From: an uncultured bacterium
GTDB taxonomy: Bacteria > Patescibacteriota > Minisyncoccia > Phycocordibacterales > PALSA-1337
DNA: 64,000 nucleotides
Direction: 5' to 3'
NCBI GenBank assembly: GCA_903839725.1
Contig: CAIMDG010000003.1
Coordinates: 31,829-95,828 of the forward strand
Notes under the pieces: model-generated
Databases searched by the model: none
What the model was told of the DNA's origin: nothing
What the model saw: the letters and a program-made list of their open reading frames with translations, nothing else
Shown: positions 38,911-49,867 of the stretch, one piece after another
How positions within the stretch are numbered: position 1 is the stretch's first letter
Layout: the number at the start of each line of letters is the position of its first letter
Position numbers and translations under genes: made by a program

Positions 38911-39147
38911 TTATTTTATTTTGAGAACTGACTTAATTTTCTCTTCATTGAAACCAATGACCACTTCACTACCGAGATCAATGACAGGAACACCCATTTG
39001 ACCAGTCTTGTCGATCATGACTTTGCGAGCTTCGAGATCTGATGCGACATTGAGTTCAGTAAAAGGAACATTGTTTGCTTTGAAGAATGACTTTGCCATA
39101 TTGCAGTATGTGCAAGTAGGGGTCGAATAAATAGTTACGTTAGGCAT
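38911..39147 (-). CDS. Glutaredoxin-like protein (NrdH-type redoxin)
   Basis: CTYC active site in a ~79-aa thioredoxin fold. Start chosen at MPNVTIYS. Confidence 0.7.
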   Translation of the reverse strand: MPNVTIYSTPTCTYCNMAKSFFKANNVPFTELNVASDLEARKVMIDKTGQMGVPVIDLGSEVVIGFNEEKIKSVLKIK

Positions 39148-39243
39148 GTATTGTGAGATTGTTATGTTATTTATAAATATCAACCGAAATGTATTGGTAT
39201 TGTAGCATATCTGTATATTACGCAAGTGAACAATATGTTATAA

Positions 39244-40521
39244 TTGGCATTCATGGGATATACACATATTTTCTCGGTCATTGTTAGCCATGTCGAAGCT
39301 ATTATTCTTGCAGGAGGGTATCCCTTTTTGTTTTTGACGGTTCTATTGGAAGGTTTGCCACTTATTGGTACCGTAGTTCCTGGCCACGTCACCATCATTG
39401 CAGGAGGCTTCTTGGCGAGAATTGGCATATTGAATATTTGGTGGGTACTTGGCCTCGCTATTGCAGCTGCTATTCTCGGTGATTTTATTGGATTTAGTTT
39501 GGGTCGTAAATACGGCATGCCCCTCATTGATCGTCTACGTAAGTATTTTTTTATCAAAGATTCTCATATTGCCAAAGTTAACAATTTGCTCGCAAAACAT
39601 ACTGGTAAAGCAATGATTATTGGACGATTCAGTCCGCTTACGAGAGCATTGATGCCTTTTATTGTTGGTACAAGTAAAACTCACGTCAATCGTTTTTGGC
39701 TTTTTAATATTATCGGCGCAGTGAGCTGGATAGGTCTGTCAGTATTGCTCGGATATGCATTTGGGGCTGGATATCATGCGATTGCGGGATATTTTGGTAA
39801 AGTTGTTCTCGTCGCTCTCATTGCAGCAATATTGATAATTTGGGGGTACCGTTTCGTGAATGTTCGTTTTCATATTTTTAGAAGATATGAATTATTTGTG
39901 CTCGGACTCAACCTTGTGGCATTGTATGAACTCGCAAGAATGGTCCAGGATAGAATAAGCGCGAATTCATTCATGGCTAATTTTGATATTTGGGTAAATG
40001 TATTCATGAGTACACACATAACACCTTTACTACAGACATGTGCTACATGGATAAGTGCAGCTACTGATATTGCACCTATGGCTTCGATTGCGATTATTGT
40101 GTCAGCTATCTTTGCTTTGAAACAGAAGTGGCGTTCATCGGCTATTATGTTTTTATCTATTGGTCTGACTGCCTTTTTTGTGGGGTTTATGAAAGTATTT
40201 TTTGCGAGTGCACGACCAGACAATGCACTTCAGTTTCTTACGGATTATAGTTTTCCAAGTGGCCATAGTGCAGTCGCCGCAGCATTTTTCATGATTGTGG
40301 CATATCTTGCAGCTTCAAAAATAAAATCATGGGTATGGCGTGAATTGATCATGGTGGGTTGTGTCGGAGCAGTCATCGTTGTCGGGTTGTCACGATTGGT
40401 TTTGAATGTTCACTGGGCATCTGATGTCATTGCTGGTTGGGCACTTGGTATATTCTTGGCGACAGCTTCTATCTTGTTTGTACGGTATGTTGCAGGAATT
40501 ATATTGCGCAAAGTTGAATAA
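39244..40521 (+). CDS. Fusion protein: DedA/VTT-family membrane domain plus PAP2 phosphatase (undecaprenyl-diphosphatase/PgpB-like)
   Basis: The N-terminal half has the DedA signature (GYPFLFLTVLLEGLPLIGTVVPGHVTIIAGGFLA). The C-terminal half has PAP2 motifs KVFFASARPDN, PSGHS and SRLVLNVHWASDVIAG. Confidence 0.7.
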   Translation: MAFMGYTHIFSVIVSHVEAIILAGGYPFLFLTVLLEGLPLIGTVVPGHVTIIAGGFLARIGILNIWWVLGLAIAAAILGDFIGFSLGRKYGMPLIDRLRKYFFIKDSHIAKVNNLLAKHTGKAMIIGRFSPLTRALMPFIVGTSKTHVNRFWLFNIIGAVSWIGLSVLLGYAFGAGYHAIAGYFGKVVLVALIAAILIIWGYRFVNVRFHIFRRYELFVLGLNLVALYELARMVQDRISANSFMANFDIWVNVFMSTHITPLLQTCATWISAATDIAPMASIAIIVSAIFALKQKWRSSAIMFLSIGLTAFFVGFMKVFFASARPDNALQFLTDYSFPSGHSAVAAAFFMIVAYLAASKIKSWVWRELIMVGCVGAVIVVGLSRLVLNVHWASDVIAGWALGIFLATASILFVRYVAGIILRKVE

Positions 40522-40522
40522 A

Positions 40523-40558
40523 AAAGAGTCGAACATGTATTTGTTCGACTCTTTTTTA
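40523..40558. terminator. Bidirectional terminator between convergent genes
   Basis: AAAAAAGAGTCGAACA-TGTATTT-GTTCGACTCTTTTTT. Confidence 0.7.
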
Positions 40559-40565
40559 TTAATTA

Positions 40566-42092
40566 TTATTTGATGAGTGTTTTTCCTGTCATCGCTTTTG
40601 GTGTAGCTATGCCAAGTAGAGCGAGTGTTGTTGGGGCAAGATCTGAAAGCTCACCATCTCTTATGGTAAGTTTTGTGTCAGTGATGATACAAGGGACTGG
40701 ATTTGTCGTGTGGGCTGTATGTTTTATTCCTGTTATTGGATCAATGTTTGTTTCTGCATTTCCATGATCTGCAGTTATGAGTGCAATACCCCCTTTTGCT
40801 TCAAGGACAGTGATAACACGACCCAATTGTGTATCTACTGTCTCAACAGCAGTAATAATTGCTGGAACATTTGCTGTATGCCCAACCATATCAGGGTTTG
40901 CAAAATTGATGAAAATAAAATCAGTTCCATTATTTATTTCAGCAATTGCAGCATCAGCAATACCCTCGGCACGCATTTCTGGTGCTTGGTCATGTGTCTG
41001 AATATCCTTACGACTTGGGAGCATGATATCTTTTTCTCCAGTATACGCTGCTTCACGGCCACCGTTCAAGAAATAGGTGGCGTGAGCAAACTTTTCTGTT
41101 TCTGCAATGCGAGCCTGAGTCATTCCGGCATTTGAAACCTCCTGGCCAAGTGTCGTTTCTATTTTCATTGGAGGGAAGGCGGTAATACAGGTGAAGTCAA
41201 CACAATATTCAGTAAGTGTTACGAATAGAACGTCTTGTTCTTTTGGAATAGCTATCATCTTTTCTGACATCATACGCGCGCGATCTGCACGGAAATTGAA
41301 GAAGAAGACGGCATCACCTTTTTCAATAGCACAACCAACACCGTAAGGATTTGAACAAACAGTAGGTTCGAGTAGTTCATCTTTTTTGCCATCTTTGTAT
41401 TGCTGTTCTAGATAGAGTGAAGGCTCTATAGGGCAGACATTACCGGTACATTTGAATAGAACCTCCTCAACTTTTTTGAGACGATCCCAATTGTTATCAC
41501 GATCCATAGCGTAGAAGCGTCCAGAAATTGTTGCAATGAAAAATCGTGGGGCAGTTGGAGGTTCATTTGTATTTAGTTCCGCGATAACCGCTTCCAGTTC
41601 TTTGATGTATTCCGCGGCACTTTGTGGAGGTGTATCACGACCATCAGTAAATACGTGAATAGCGACTTTTGGGATATTGTTTTTCTTGGCAAGGCGTAGG
41701 AAAGCGTAGAGGTGACGTTGATGACTGTGAACGCCACCAGGAGAAAGAAGACCTTCGACGTGAAGTGTTGAGTTGTTTTTCTTTACATGCTCAAAAAGAC
41801 TGATGAATGCTTGATTTGTGTCGAAGTTCCCATCCTCGATTGCTTTGTCGATACGTACGAGATCAGTATCAGCAGGACGTCCTGTGCCGATGGTTGTATG
41901 TCCTACCTCACTGTTACCCATCTGACCTTCAGGAAGTCCGACAGCATTACCTGCTGCTTTGAGCAGGGAATGAGGGTATGTGCTCCAGAGTTTATCAAAG
42001 TTTGGTTTCTTCGCTGCGGCAATGGCGTTATTTTTTGTGTCTTCTCGAGAGCCCCATCCATCGAGAACAATAAGCATAATGGTTTTTTTCAT
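40566..42092 (-). CDS. gpmI: 2,3-bisphosphoglycerate-independent phosphoglycerate mutase
   Basis: MKKTIMLIVLDGWG N-terminus and iPGM metal-binding motifs. Start chosen at the internal Met (track ORF 40566..42146). Confidence 0.9.
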   Translation of the reverse strand: MKKTIMLIVLDGWGSREDTKNNAIAAAKKPNFDKLWSTYPHSLLKAAGNAVGLPEGQMGNSEVGHTTIGTGRPADTDLVRIDKAIEDGNFDTNQAFISLFEHVKKNNSTLHVEGLLSPGGVHSHQRHLYAFLRLAKKNNIPKVAIHVFTDGRDTPPQSAAEYIKELEAVIAELNTNEPPTAPRFFIATISGRFYAMDRDNNWDRLKKVEEVLFKCTGNVCPIEPSLYLEQQYKDGKKDELLEPTVCSNPYGVGCAIEKGDAVFFFNFRADRARMMSEKMIAIPKEQDVLFVTLTEYCVDFTCITAFPPMKIETTLGQEVSNAGMTQARIAETEKFAHATYFLNGGREAAYTGEKDIMLPSRKDIQTHDQAPEMRAEGIADAAIAEINNGTDFIFINFANPDMVGHTANVPAIITAVETVDTQLGRVITVLEAKGGIALITADHGNAETNIDPITGIKHTAHTTNPVPCIITDTKLTIRDGELSDLAPTTLALLGIATPKAMTGKTLIK

Positions 42093-42152
42093 AGGAGAAC
42101 ATTGTAACACACAATAGTGATTTGGTGAAATAGGTTTCGATGACAAAAAAAG

Positions 42153-42186
42153 ACCACATAATGAGTGGTCTTTTTTGGAATCTGTT
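42153..42186. terminator. Bidirectional terminator after eno
   Basis: AAAAAAAGACCAC-ATAATGA-GTGGTCTTTTTT. Confidence 0.7.
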
Positions 42187-42190
42187 AGAT

Positions 42191-43480
<1,290 letters not shown>

Positions 43481-43641
43481 TTATTTAATAAATATAATTG
43501 AGTCTCTATTATATGTTTTTTTGGCGAAGATTCAACCCGGTAGGCGAATGTGCCATTTGGAAATAAATGTGGTTTGATTTAGATAGGCTATAAGAAAAAA
43601 AGCCACTCGACTGTTCGAGTAGCTTTGGAAAGATTGCAGTG

Positions 43642-43989
43642 TTAAATTTCTTCGATTCGGCAAGCAGGTGCTCGCTGGCTGATACACCGGACACCTCGTT
43701 GCATTGGGTCTTCAAAAAGAAGTTTCCAACCGACGCCGGGGATGAAGGCGAATTCATCAATTTGTTTTGTTTCCAAGGACTTGATCGTGATCTTGGTCTT
43801 GGTTCCACTGGTAAACGACATCACGACCGCTTTGCAGATAGGACCTTCAGGGTCACTAATCTGAACTTTAACACTGGTTTTGATTGGCATTGCGTTCAGT
43901 GGCACATCCACAGTTGTTGAACGTTTGGGTTTCAGTGAGGATCGGGATACTTTTCCTTTTCCACGTTGTCCGCGTTTTTTTGTTGTCAT
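43642..43989 (-). CDS. Hypothetical small protein with a highly basic N-terminus
   Basis: 115-aa ORF. A terminator-like hairpin plus T-run lies downstream on the minus strand (~43595-43618). Confidence 0.4.
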   Translation of the reverse strand: MTTKKRGQRGKGKVSRSSLKPKRSTTVDVPLNAMPIKTSVKVQISDPEGPICKAVVMSFTSGTKTKITIKSLETKQIDEFAFIPGVGWKLLFEDPMQRGVRCISQRAPACRIEEI

Positions 43990-44095
43990 AGAGTATTCAA
44001 GTGTTGAAGGCTATTTAAGCTGATATTAACAACTAATTATTTGTTTTGTCAATATGCATCACAGAATTAAATCGTATCTCATTTTGGATAATTAA

Positions 44096-44142
44096 AAACC
44101 GCCCGCGAACACAAGGTCGATTTTTGTGTTGCGAGCGGAGAG
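44096..44142 (-). terminator. Rho-independent terminator for the minus-strand operon ending at 44150
   Basis: On the minus strand, CCGCTCGCAACAC...GTGTTCGCGGGCGG followed by TTTTT. Confidence 0.6.
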
Positions 44143-44149
44143 ATAGACG

Positions 44150-44449
44150 TTACTTCTTGATTTCCCAGAGCAATGTGCAGACTGCATCGTCTTCGCCGGT
44201 TTGAGTGGCAAAAGATTTTCCTTCCGTCACCAATGTTTCCACGAATGGACGAAGTGCTTCGTCATCCGCAATGAAGTCAAATTCCGAAGTGATACTCGGA
44301 ATATAATCAGGCTCGATAGATCCGATGATTTCACGACCGTCCCAAAGATCGATTCTAACAGCAACCAATCCACGTGACTCTCCATCGGTGTTACCAGCGG
44401 CAATCGCATCTACCAATTCGGTCATGTTTTCAACACGATATTTTGTCAT
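44150..44449 (-). CDS. Hypothetical protein
   Basis: Start chosen at MTKYRVEN, which gives a 4-nt overlap with the upstream gene. Confidence 0.4.
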   Translation of the reverse strand: MTKYRVENMTELVDAIAAGNTDGESRGLVAVRIDLWDGREIIGSIEPDYIPSITSEFDFIADDEALRPFVETLVTEGKSFATQTGEDDAVCTLLWEIKK

Positions 44450-44451
44450 AA

Positions 44452-44730
44452 TTATTCCTTCGCTGTGGCTTTGTTTGTGTTTTCCGATAGAGTTGACCAC
44501 CCATCAGTGAGTGGTAAACCAGCCTCTCGGTTTTGTTTGATTTTTTCAATTATCGCTTTCAGAAGGGCGCAGGTCTTTGCAATATCTTCCTTCTGCGCGG
44601 CAACTGTTTGTTTGAGTTCGATATTTTCTTGCCGGAGAGCAGAATATTGCGCTCCTAGACTAACTATTCCAGTAGCAATACACATGTAGAGCAGAACCAG
44701 AATTACCCAAAATGTTTTTTGTTTATTCAT
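44452..44730 (-). CDS. Small membrane protein with a coiled coil (DivIC/FtsL-like architecture)
   Basis: N-terminal TM helix followed by a heptad-repeat segment (RQENIELKQTVAAQKEDIAK). Confidence 0.35.
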   Translation of the reverse strand: MNKQKTFWVILVLLYMCIATGIVSLGAQYSALRQENIELKQTVAAQKEDIAKTCALLKAIIEKIKQNREAGLPLTDGWSTLSENTNKATAKE

Positions 44731-44890
44731 TTTTATTGTGTTGTTTGTGGTTGACCGTATCTTTCAAGGCACGAAAATGCCCTCAAAGATACCGTCAAAT
44801 AAACAACATATGTCAAAGACCCAGTAGAGCCGTACAATAGCACTTTTTGATATACTTGTCAATATATAGAGAATATGCTACGGTTAAGCC

Positions 44891-45658
44891 ATGAAAGTAA
44901 CACAAACCTCATGGGGTGGCGTAGCTGACTGGTATGATGATGTCGTGAATAGCTCCGACTCATACCAGAAGAATGTGCTCATGCCCAACATTGTTCGTAT
45001 CGTTGAGCCCAAGAAAGGCATGACGGTTGTTGATGTTGCATGTGGACAAGGATACTTTTCTCGCGCATTCGCAAGTGCTGGTGCTACTGTTATTGCCTCA
45101 GATATTTCTTCAGAACTTATCAAGATTGCAGAACAGCAAAAAGGTGAAAAGATTGAGTATCATGTCGCATCAGCTGATCTACTTCCATTTGTAAAAGATT
45201 CAAGTGTCGATGTCGTAACAATCATTCTCGCTTTGCAAAATATCGAACGTCTTTCAGAAACTATGGCCGAAGCCGCACGAGTCCTCAAGCTCGGTGGTCG
45301 TTTTGTTATTGTTATCAATCACCCCGCATTTCGCATACCACAAAAATCAGATTGGGGTTGGGATGAAAAGCTTGGAAAACAATTCCGTAAACTGTTTTCA
45401 TACATGTCTGATGATTCTATCAAGATCGATATGACCCCTGGTGAAAAAATAGCATCAAAGAAAAAATTCACTATTTCATTCCATAGACCATTGCAATCAT
45501 ATTTCAAAGCCTTCGCCAAGAATGGATTTGGTGTTGTTCGTCTCGAAGAATGGATTTCTCACAAAAAGAGTCAGGTTGGTCCACGTGCCGCCGAGGAAGA
45601 TCGTAGTAGAAAAGAGATACCGATGTTTATTTGTATTGAGGCTGTTAAGTTATACTAG
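44891..45658 (+). CDS. Class I SAM-dependent methyltransferase
   Basis: VVDVACGQGYFSRAFA (motif I) and LKLGGRFVIV (post-I/II). Confidence 0.8.
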   Translation: MKVTQTSWGGVADWYDDVVNSSDSYQKNVLMPNIVRIVEPKKGMTVVDVACGQGYFSRAFASAGATVIASDISSELIKIAEQQKGEKIEYHVASADLLPFVKDSSVDVVTIILALQNIERLSETMAEAARVLKLGGRFVIVINHPAFRIPQKSDWGWDEKLGKQFRKLFSYMSDDSIKIDMTPGEKIASKKKFTISFHRPLQSYFKAFAKNGFGVVRLEEWISHKKSQVGPRAAEEDRSRKEIPMFICIEAVKLY

Positions 45659-45662
45659 TAGT

Positions 45663-45911
45663 ATGAATATTATTCTGTATACAAAAACAGGTTGTCCGTG
45701 GTGTATAGGAGTTCTTGATCTATTCAAGGAAAAAAATGTGAAGTTTGAAGAACGTGAAGTTCGCAGCAATCCTGTATACTTCGCCGAACTTGTTGCAAAG
45801 TCAGGTCAGAATAAAACACCAACATTCGATATTGATGGTGAAATCATCGCCGACTCAGACAAAGAACAAATCTCTGCTTTTCTCAAGAAGAAAAATTACC
45901 CTGGTTTCTAG
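45663..45911 (+). CDS. Glutaredoxin
   Basis: CPWC active site, ~82 aa. Start at MNIILYT. Confidence 0.8.
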   Translation: MNIILYTKTGCPWCIGVLDLFKEKNVKFEEREVRSNPVYFAELVAKSGQNKTPTFDIDGEIIADSDKEQISAFLKKKNYPGF

Positions 45912-45924
45912 CGAAATCTCGGTC

Positions 45925-46050
45925 CGAACACAGGAGGAACTGTGCATACTCATTTTCCACAGAAGTTTAGAGACACGTACATTACACCGCGTACCACGAT
46001 GTTTACAAACTTCTGTGGAAAATGAGTATGCACAGTTCCTCCTGTGTTCG
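45925..46050. repeat. PAL-A element copy B (core 45965-46010; arms a perfect 40-bp complement)
   Basis: Read directly. The track ORF start at 46022 lies inside this element. Confidence 0.9.
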
Positions 46051-46081
46051 CCCCTCAAAACGATATGGTATAATTATCCCC

Positions 46082-48874
46082 ATGAACGCGCCTCGCTTTG
46101 AGCAGCAGACAAAAACCGAAACACCGGAGCAAGAACTTTCTCGTATTCGTGAAGTTGCTTCGAAACATGTTGAAACTTCTCGTGAAAGTGGTATTGAAAT
46201 AAGTCCACGCACTGCTACCCATGAAGTCGTCAAAGCATATGCCGATACGATCACCAGTGAGGTATTGCATCCTAACTACGCTCTTGAGCACAAGGAAGTT
46301 GAAGCTATTACATTACAACTATCTCCGGAACCTCATGATAAACAAATAGAACAACTCCTCGGCATTATGGAAGAAAAGGGTATTAAGAATGCCTTGAATG
46401 TTGCCATGAAGATGAAAAATCCTCATTTACTTGATGATTTTTTTCGTGTACTCGTACAATGCGTTGCTTCCGGTTTTCCTATTCATGGACTTACAGAATC
46501 TGATCCACTCTGGAGACCGCTTCACATGACCCTATTCGAAGTCAGTCTTCCTGAGACATCAGAAGATGACAAGAAGAAACAGCTCAAAGAATTGATTTCG
46601 GGCATGCAGCAATTTTATGCTGGCATGATGACTGTATCCTCAGATGCGTGGTTCACTATTGAAATTGCAAATTCAAATGGAAGCGAAGAATCCATCTTCT
46701 ATGTTTCGGTGCCGACGATTCACGAAGAATTGTTCGAAAAACAAATTATTTCAATCTTTCCTGACGCTACACTTCGTGAGCATAAAAATGATTACAATAT
46801 TTTCAATGAATCAGGAATTTCGGTTGGTTCATATGCGACACTCGCCAAGCATCCACTATATCCGCTCAAACCTTACGAAGAGTTTGATGTCGATCCACTT
46901 AACTCACTATTAAGTAGTTTTTCAAAGATAAATAAAGACGGCGAAGGAGCCGCAATACAACTTGTTATTGGTGACAAGAGAGATACGTATGCCAAACAAG
47001 GCGCCAAAGTGCTCGAAAAGATTCGCAAGGGTGAAAAAGTCAAAGATGCACTGAGTGATGTGTACAGTGGTATTGCTCGTACATTTTTTAAAGAAGTTGG
47101 GTACATGTTCAAGAGTCAGGAAAAAATTGATAAGGAAAAAAGTGAGAAAGAAAAGCGTGCAAGTGCAGTCGATCAGATATCGATTGATCAATTTACAGAA
47201 AAATTGAAGTCACCATTTGTGTCAGTGAATATCCGTATCGTTGCATCAGCAGCAACTGTTGATGAATCAACTGGTCTGTTGCTCGATTTGCAATCAAGTT
47301 TCCATCAGTTCGAGAATGGTCACGGCAATGCCTTGAATTGGAAAGCGGTTAGTCCAGCTGTGTTGCCGGATTTCTTGGAAGAATTTTCATTGCGTACGTT
47401 CAGTAAAGAAGAAGAGATTATTCTCAGTCTCAAGGAAATGACAACATGTATCCATTTCCCAGCTTCTACTGTCGGTCGTGCCGCACCTGGTCTCAAGCAG
47501 AGCAAGGCCGGTACATCTCCTGTTCCTTTGGAAATTTCGAAACAAGGAACACTTATTGGTTTGAATAAACATCGCGGTGTTGAGTCAAAGGTATATATTG
47601 CCCCTGAGGATCGTATGCGTCACTTCTATGTGATCGGTCAAACTGGTACCGGTAAAACTGGCTTGCTCAAAAATATGATTGTTCAAGATATCCAAGCAGG
47701 ACACGGTGTCTGTTTCATCGATCCACACGGTTCGGATATTATGGATATTTTGGCGAATATTCCGCCAGAACGTTATGAAGATGTTATCTATTTTGATCCC
47801 GCATCTGTTGATCGTCCGATGGCACTTAATATGCTCGAGTATGATCGCTCATCTCCTGAGCAGAAGACATTCGTGGTCAATGAAATGTTTAGTATATTCC
47901 AGAAGCTCTACGGGGCTACACCTGAGTCCATGGGTCCAATGTTCGAACAATATTTCCGTAACGCTACGATGTTGGTGATCGAGGATCCTGATACTGGTTG
48001 TACATTGCTCGACGTATCTCGTGTTATGTCGAACAAAGCATTTCGTGATTTGAAGATAGCCAATTGTAAGAACCCGGTTATCGTTCAATTCTGGAAAGAG
48101 ATTGCCGAAAAAGCTGGAGGTGAAGCATCTCTTGCAAATATTGTGCCATATATCGTTTCAAAGTTCGACGTCTTCTTGGCGAATGAAATCATGCGACCAA
48201 TCATTGCTCAAGAAAAGTCATCATTCAATATGCGTGACGTGATGGATAATAAAAAGATTTTGCTCGTGAATCTCGCAAAGGGAAGACTCGGCGATATCAA
48301 CTCACATTTGATTGGTCTTATTCTCGTCGGAAAAATTTTGATGGCAGCATTGTCACGTGTTGATTCATTTGGTAAGCCAATGTCTGATTTCTTCTTGTAT
48401 TTGGACGAGTTCCAGAATATCACCACTGATTCGATCGCTACGATTCTTTCTGAAGCTCGTAAGTATCGTTTGTCGATGACTATCGCGCACCAATTCGTTG
48501 CACAACTCGAAGATAAGATCAAAGATGCTGTATTCGGTAACGTCGGTTCGATGGCGGTATTCCGTGTAGGTACCGAAGATGCTGAATTCTTCGAAAAACA
48601 GTTTACGCCAACATTCAAGCAGAACGACATCATCAATCTCGACAATCGTAATGCCTATGTGCGCCTATTGTCTGGTGGACGTCCAACCAAACCGTTCAAT
48701 ATTGTGACTGTGCAAGCAGAAAAAGGTGATCCAGCTCAAGTAGACAAGTTGAAAGAACTCTCATCATTGATTTTTGGTAGACCACGCGCTGAGGTTGAAG
48801 AAGAAGTCATGAAGAAGTACAATTCTATGAAGAAGCCGTTGGCTATACCAGAAGTGCCTCTTGCTAGAAAATAA
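46082..48874 (+). CDS. TraD/VirD4-like (TrwB/TraG family) P-loop NTPase with a ~500-aa N-terminal domain of unknown function
   Basis: Walker A YVIGQTGTGKTG, then FIDPHGSDIMD and a Walker B-like FFLYLDEFQNI, resembling T4SS coupling-protein/DUF87-type ATPases. Start chosen at MNAPRFEQ, downstream of PAL-A copy B. Confidence 0.5.
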   Translation: MNAPRFEQQTKTETPEQELSRIREVASKHVETSRESGIEISPRTATHEVVKAYADTITSEVLHPNYALEHKEVEAITLQLSPEPHDKQIEQLLGIMEEKGIKNALNVAMKMKNPHLLDDFFRVLVQCVASGFPIHGLTESDPLWRPLHMTLFEVSLPETSEDDKKKQLKELISGMQQFYAGMMTVSSDAWFTIEIANSNGSEESIFYVSVPTIHEELFEKQIISIFPDATLREHKNDYNIFNESGISVGSYATLAKHPLYPLKPYEEFDVDPLNSLLSSFSKINKDGEGAAIQLVIGDKRDTYAKQGAKVLEKIRKGEKVKDALSDVYSGIARTFFKEVGYMFKSQEKIDKEKSEKEKRASAVDQISIDQFTEKLKSPFVSVNIRIVASAATVDESTGLLLDLQSSFHQFENGHGNALNWKAVSPAVLPDFLEEFSLRTFSKEEEIILSLKEMTTCIHFPASTVGRAAPGLKQSKAGTSPVPLEISKQGTLIGLNKHRGVESKVYIAPEDRMRHFYVIGQTGTGKTGLLKNMIVQDIQAGHGVCFIDPHGSDIMDILANIPPERYEDVIYFDPASVDRPMALNMLEYDRSSPEQKTFVVNEMFSIFQKLYGATPESMGPMFEQYFRNATMLVIEDPDTGCTLLDVSRVMSNKAFRDLKIANCKNPVIVQFWKEIAEKAGGEASLANIVPYIVSKFDVFLANEIMRPIIAQEKSSFNMRDVMDNKKILLVNLAKGRLGDINSHLIGLILVGKILMAALSRVDSFGKPMSDFFLYLDEFQNITTDSIATILSEARKYRLSMTIAHQFVAQLEDKIKDAVFGNVGSMAVFRVGTEDAEFFEKQFTPTFKQNDIINLDNRNAYVRLLSGGRPTKPFNIVTVQAEKGDPAQVDKLKELSSLIFGRPRAEVEEEVMKKYNSMKKPLAIPEVPLARK

Positions 48875-48903
48875 AGCGTTTTATACATAATCAATTAAAT
48901 TTT

Positions 48904-49482
48904 ATGACTATTGAAGACCAGCAAAATAGTATTGAAGGTGAAGTAGCAATTCTTTCCTTGCAAGCAATACAAGCATCATTGGAAAGCGGTAAACCTATCG
49001 AGGTCAAAGTTAAACGTTCTGATGGCAAGATTGAATCGGGGTGGAGTATCGTGCAAATGTTTTTGGGCGAAGGGGATGAACCAGTAAAAGTGAAAGTCGT
49101 TGGTGAATCTGGTTCAAAGATTGTCTCGCTTGATAGTGTACAAAAATGGAATAATCCGGAAGAGGTTCCAAGAGGAAAGGAAGCTATCCTTACTCCAGAA
49201 TCGATCCATGATTTACTCGGAAAAAATCAAGACATAGAAGTGAGTGTCAAACGTTCTTCTGGTGAAATAGAGCCAGGATGGAAGGTTACCGATCTATATG
49301 TTGGGGTTGGCAATGAACCAGTAAGAGTTAAAGTTGTGAACGGTCTAGCATCAAAAATTGTTTCACTTAATGATTTGAAGGAATGGAACATTCAAGATGA
49401 AATTGATAATGCTGAAGAACGACCGGCACGTGACTTTAATGTTCGTCCACCAACTGAAGGAGAAATAAATAGGGGAGTATAA
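48904..49482 (+). CDS. Hypothetical protein with a tandem-duplicated ~70-aa domain
   Basis: The internal repeat IEVKVKRSDGKIESGWSIVQMFLGEGDEPVKVKVVGESGSKIVSLDSVQKWN aligns with IEVSVKRSSGEIEPGWKVTDLYVGVGNEPVRVKVVNGLASKIVSLNDLKEWN. Confidence 0.5.
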   Translation: MTIEDQQNSIEGEVAILSLQAIQASLESGKPIEVKVKRSDGKIESGWSIVQMFLGEGDEPVKVKVVGESGSKIVSLDSVQKWNNPEEVPRGKEAILTPESIHDLLGKNQDIEVSVKRSSGEIEPGWKVTDLYVGVGNEPVRVKVVNGLASKIVSLNDLKEWNIQDEIDNAEERPARDFNVRPPTEGEINRGV

Positions 49483-49514
49483 TGAAGAATAAATAAGTTT
49501 GTATAAAAAAGTAC

Positions 49515-49545
49515 GGCGAGCAGGTTTTGAAGTCTGCTCGCCGGG
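49515..49545. terminator. Bidirectional terminator hairpin (GGCGAGCAG...CTGCTCGCC) between convergent genes
   Basis: Read directly. Confidence 0.5.
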
Positions 49546-49546
49546 G

Positions 49547-49795
49547 TTACAGTTTGTTGTGCAACCAAGTGCACAGTTCCGCGATTGTCTTAAGGACTCC
49601 CTTAAGAAACAGTCGCCCGATGTTGATTAGGCTCTTGAGGATCGGCTTTCCGATTTTCTTCAAGAATTTGAGTTCCCAATCAGCGATTTTCTTGCCTCTA
49701 CCTATCCCACACCCCCTGAGGACCAGTGCGAGGGCTACGGATATGAATAGCAGGGCAAGACCTGCTCGGACGAGTTCGGCGAAAAGAGCGTTCAT
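49547..49795 (-). CDS. Small cationic protein with one hydrophobic helix and Lys-rich amphipathic helices (holin- or bacteriocin-like features)
   Basis: AGLALLFISVALALVL is followed by KKIADWELKFLKKIGKPILKSLINIGRLFLKGVLKTI. Confidence 0.3.
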   Translation of the reverse strand: MNALFAELVRAGLALLFISVALALVLRGCGIGRGKKIADWELKFLKKIGKPILKSLINIGRLFLKGVLKTIAELCTWLHNKL

Positions 49796-49867
49796 TTGGT
49801 AAAATTATAGCATATTATATATGCTATTGTCAATCTCCATATTTTAGATTAAATATATAGGGTTTTT

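Noticed and set aside
46022-46081. Track start codon at 46022 for the TraD-like protein.
   Set aside because: It lies inside the right arm of PAL-A copy B. The next in-frame ATG at 46082 (MNAPRFEQ) is more plausible.
45745-46101. Track ORFs running through PAL-A copies (for example 45745..46101, 45855..46058, 46003..46254, 51209..51391), which yield recurring peptide strings such as LETRTLHRVPRCLQT.
   Set aside because: They are translations of the repeated DNA element in both orientations. The recurrence comes from nucleotide repetition, not from a conserved protein.
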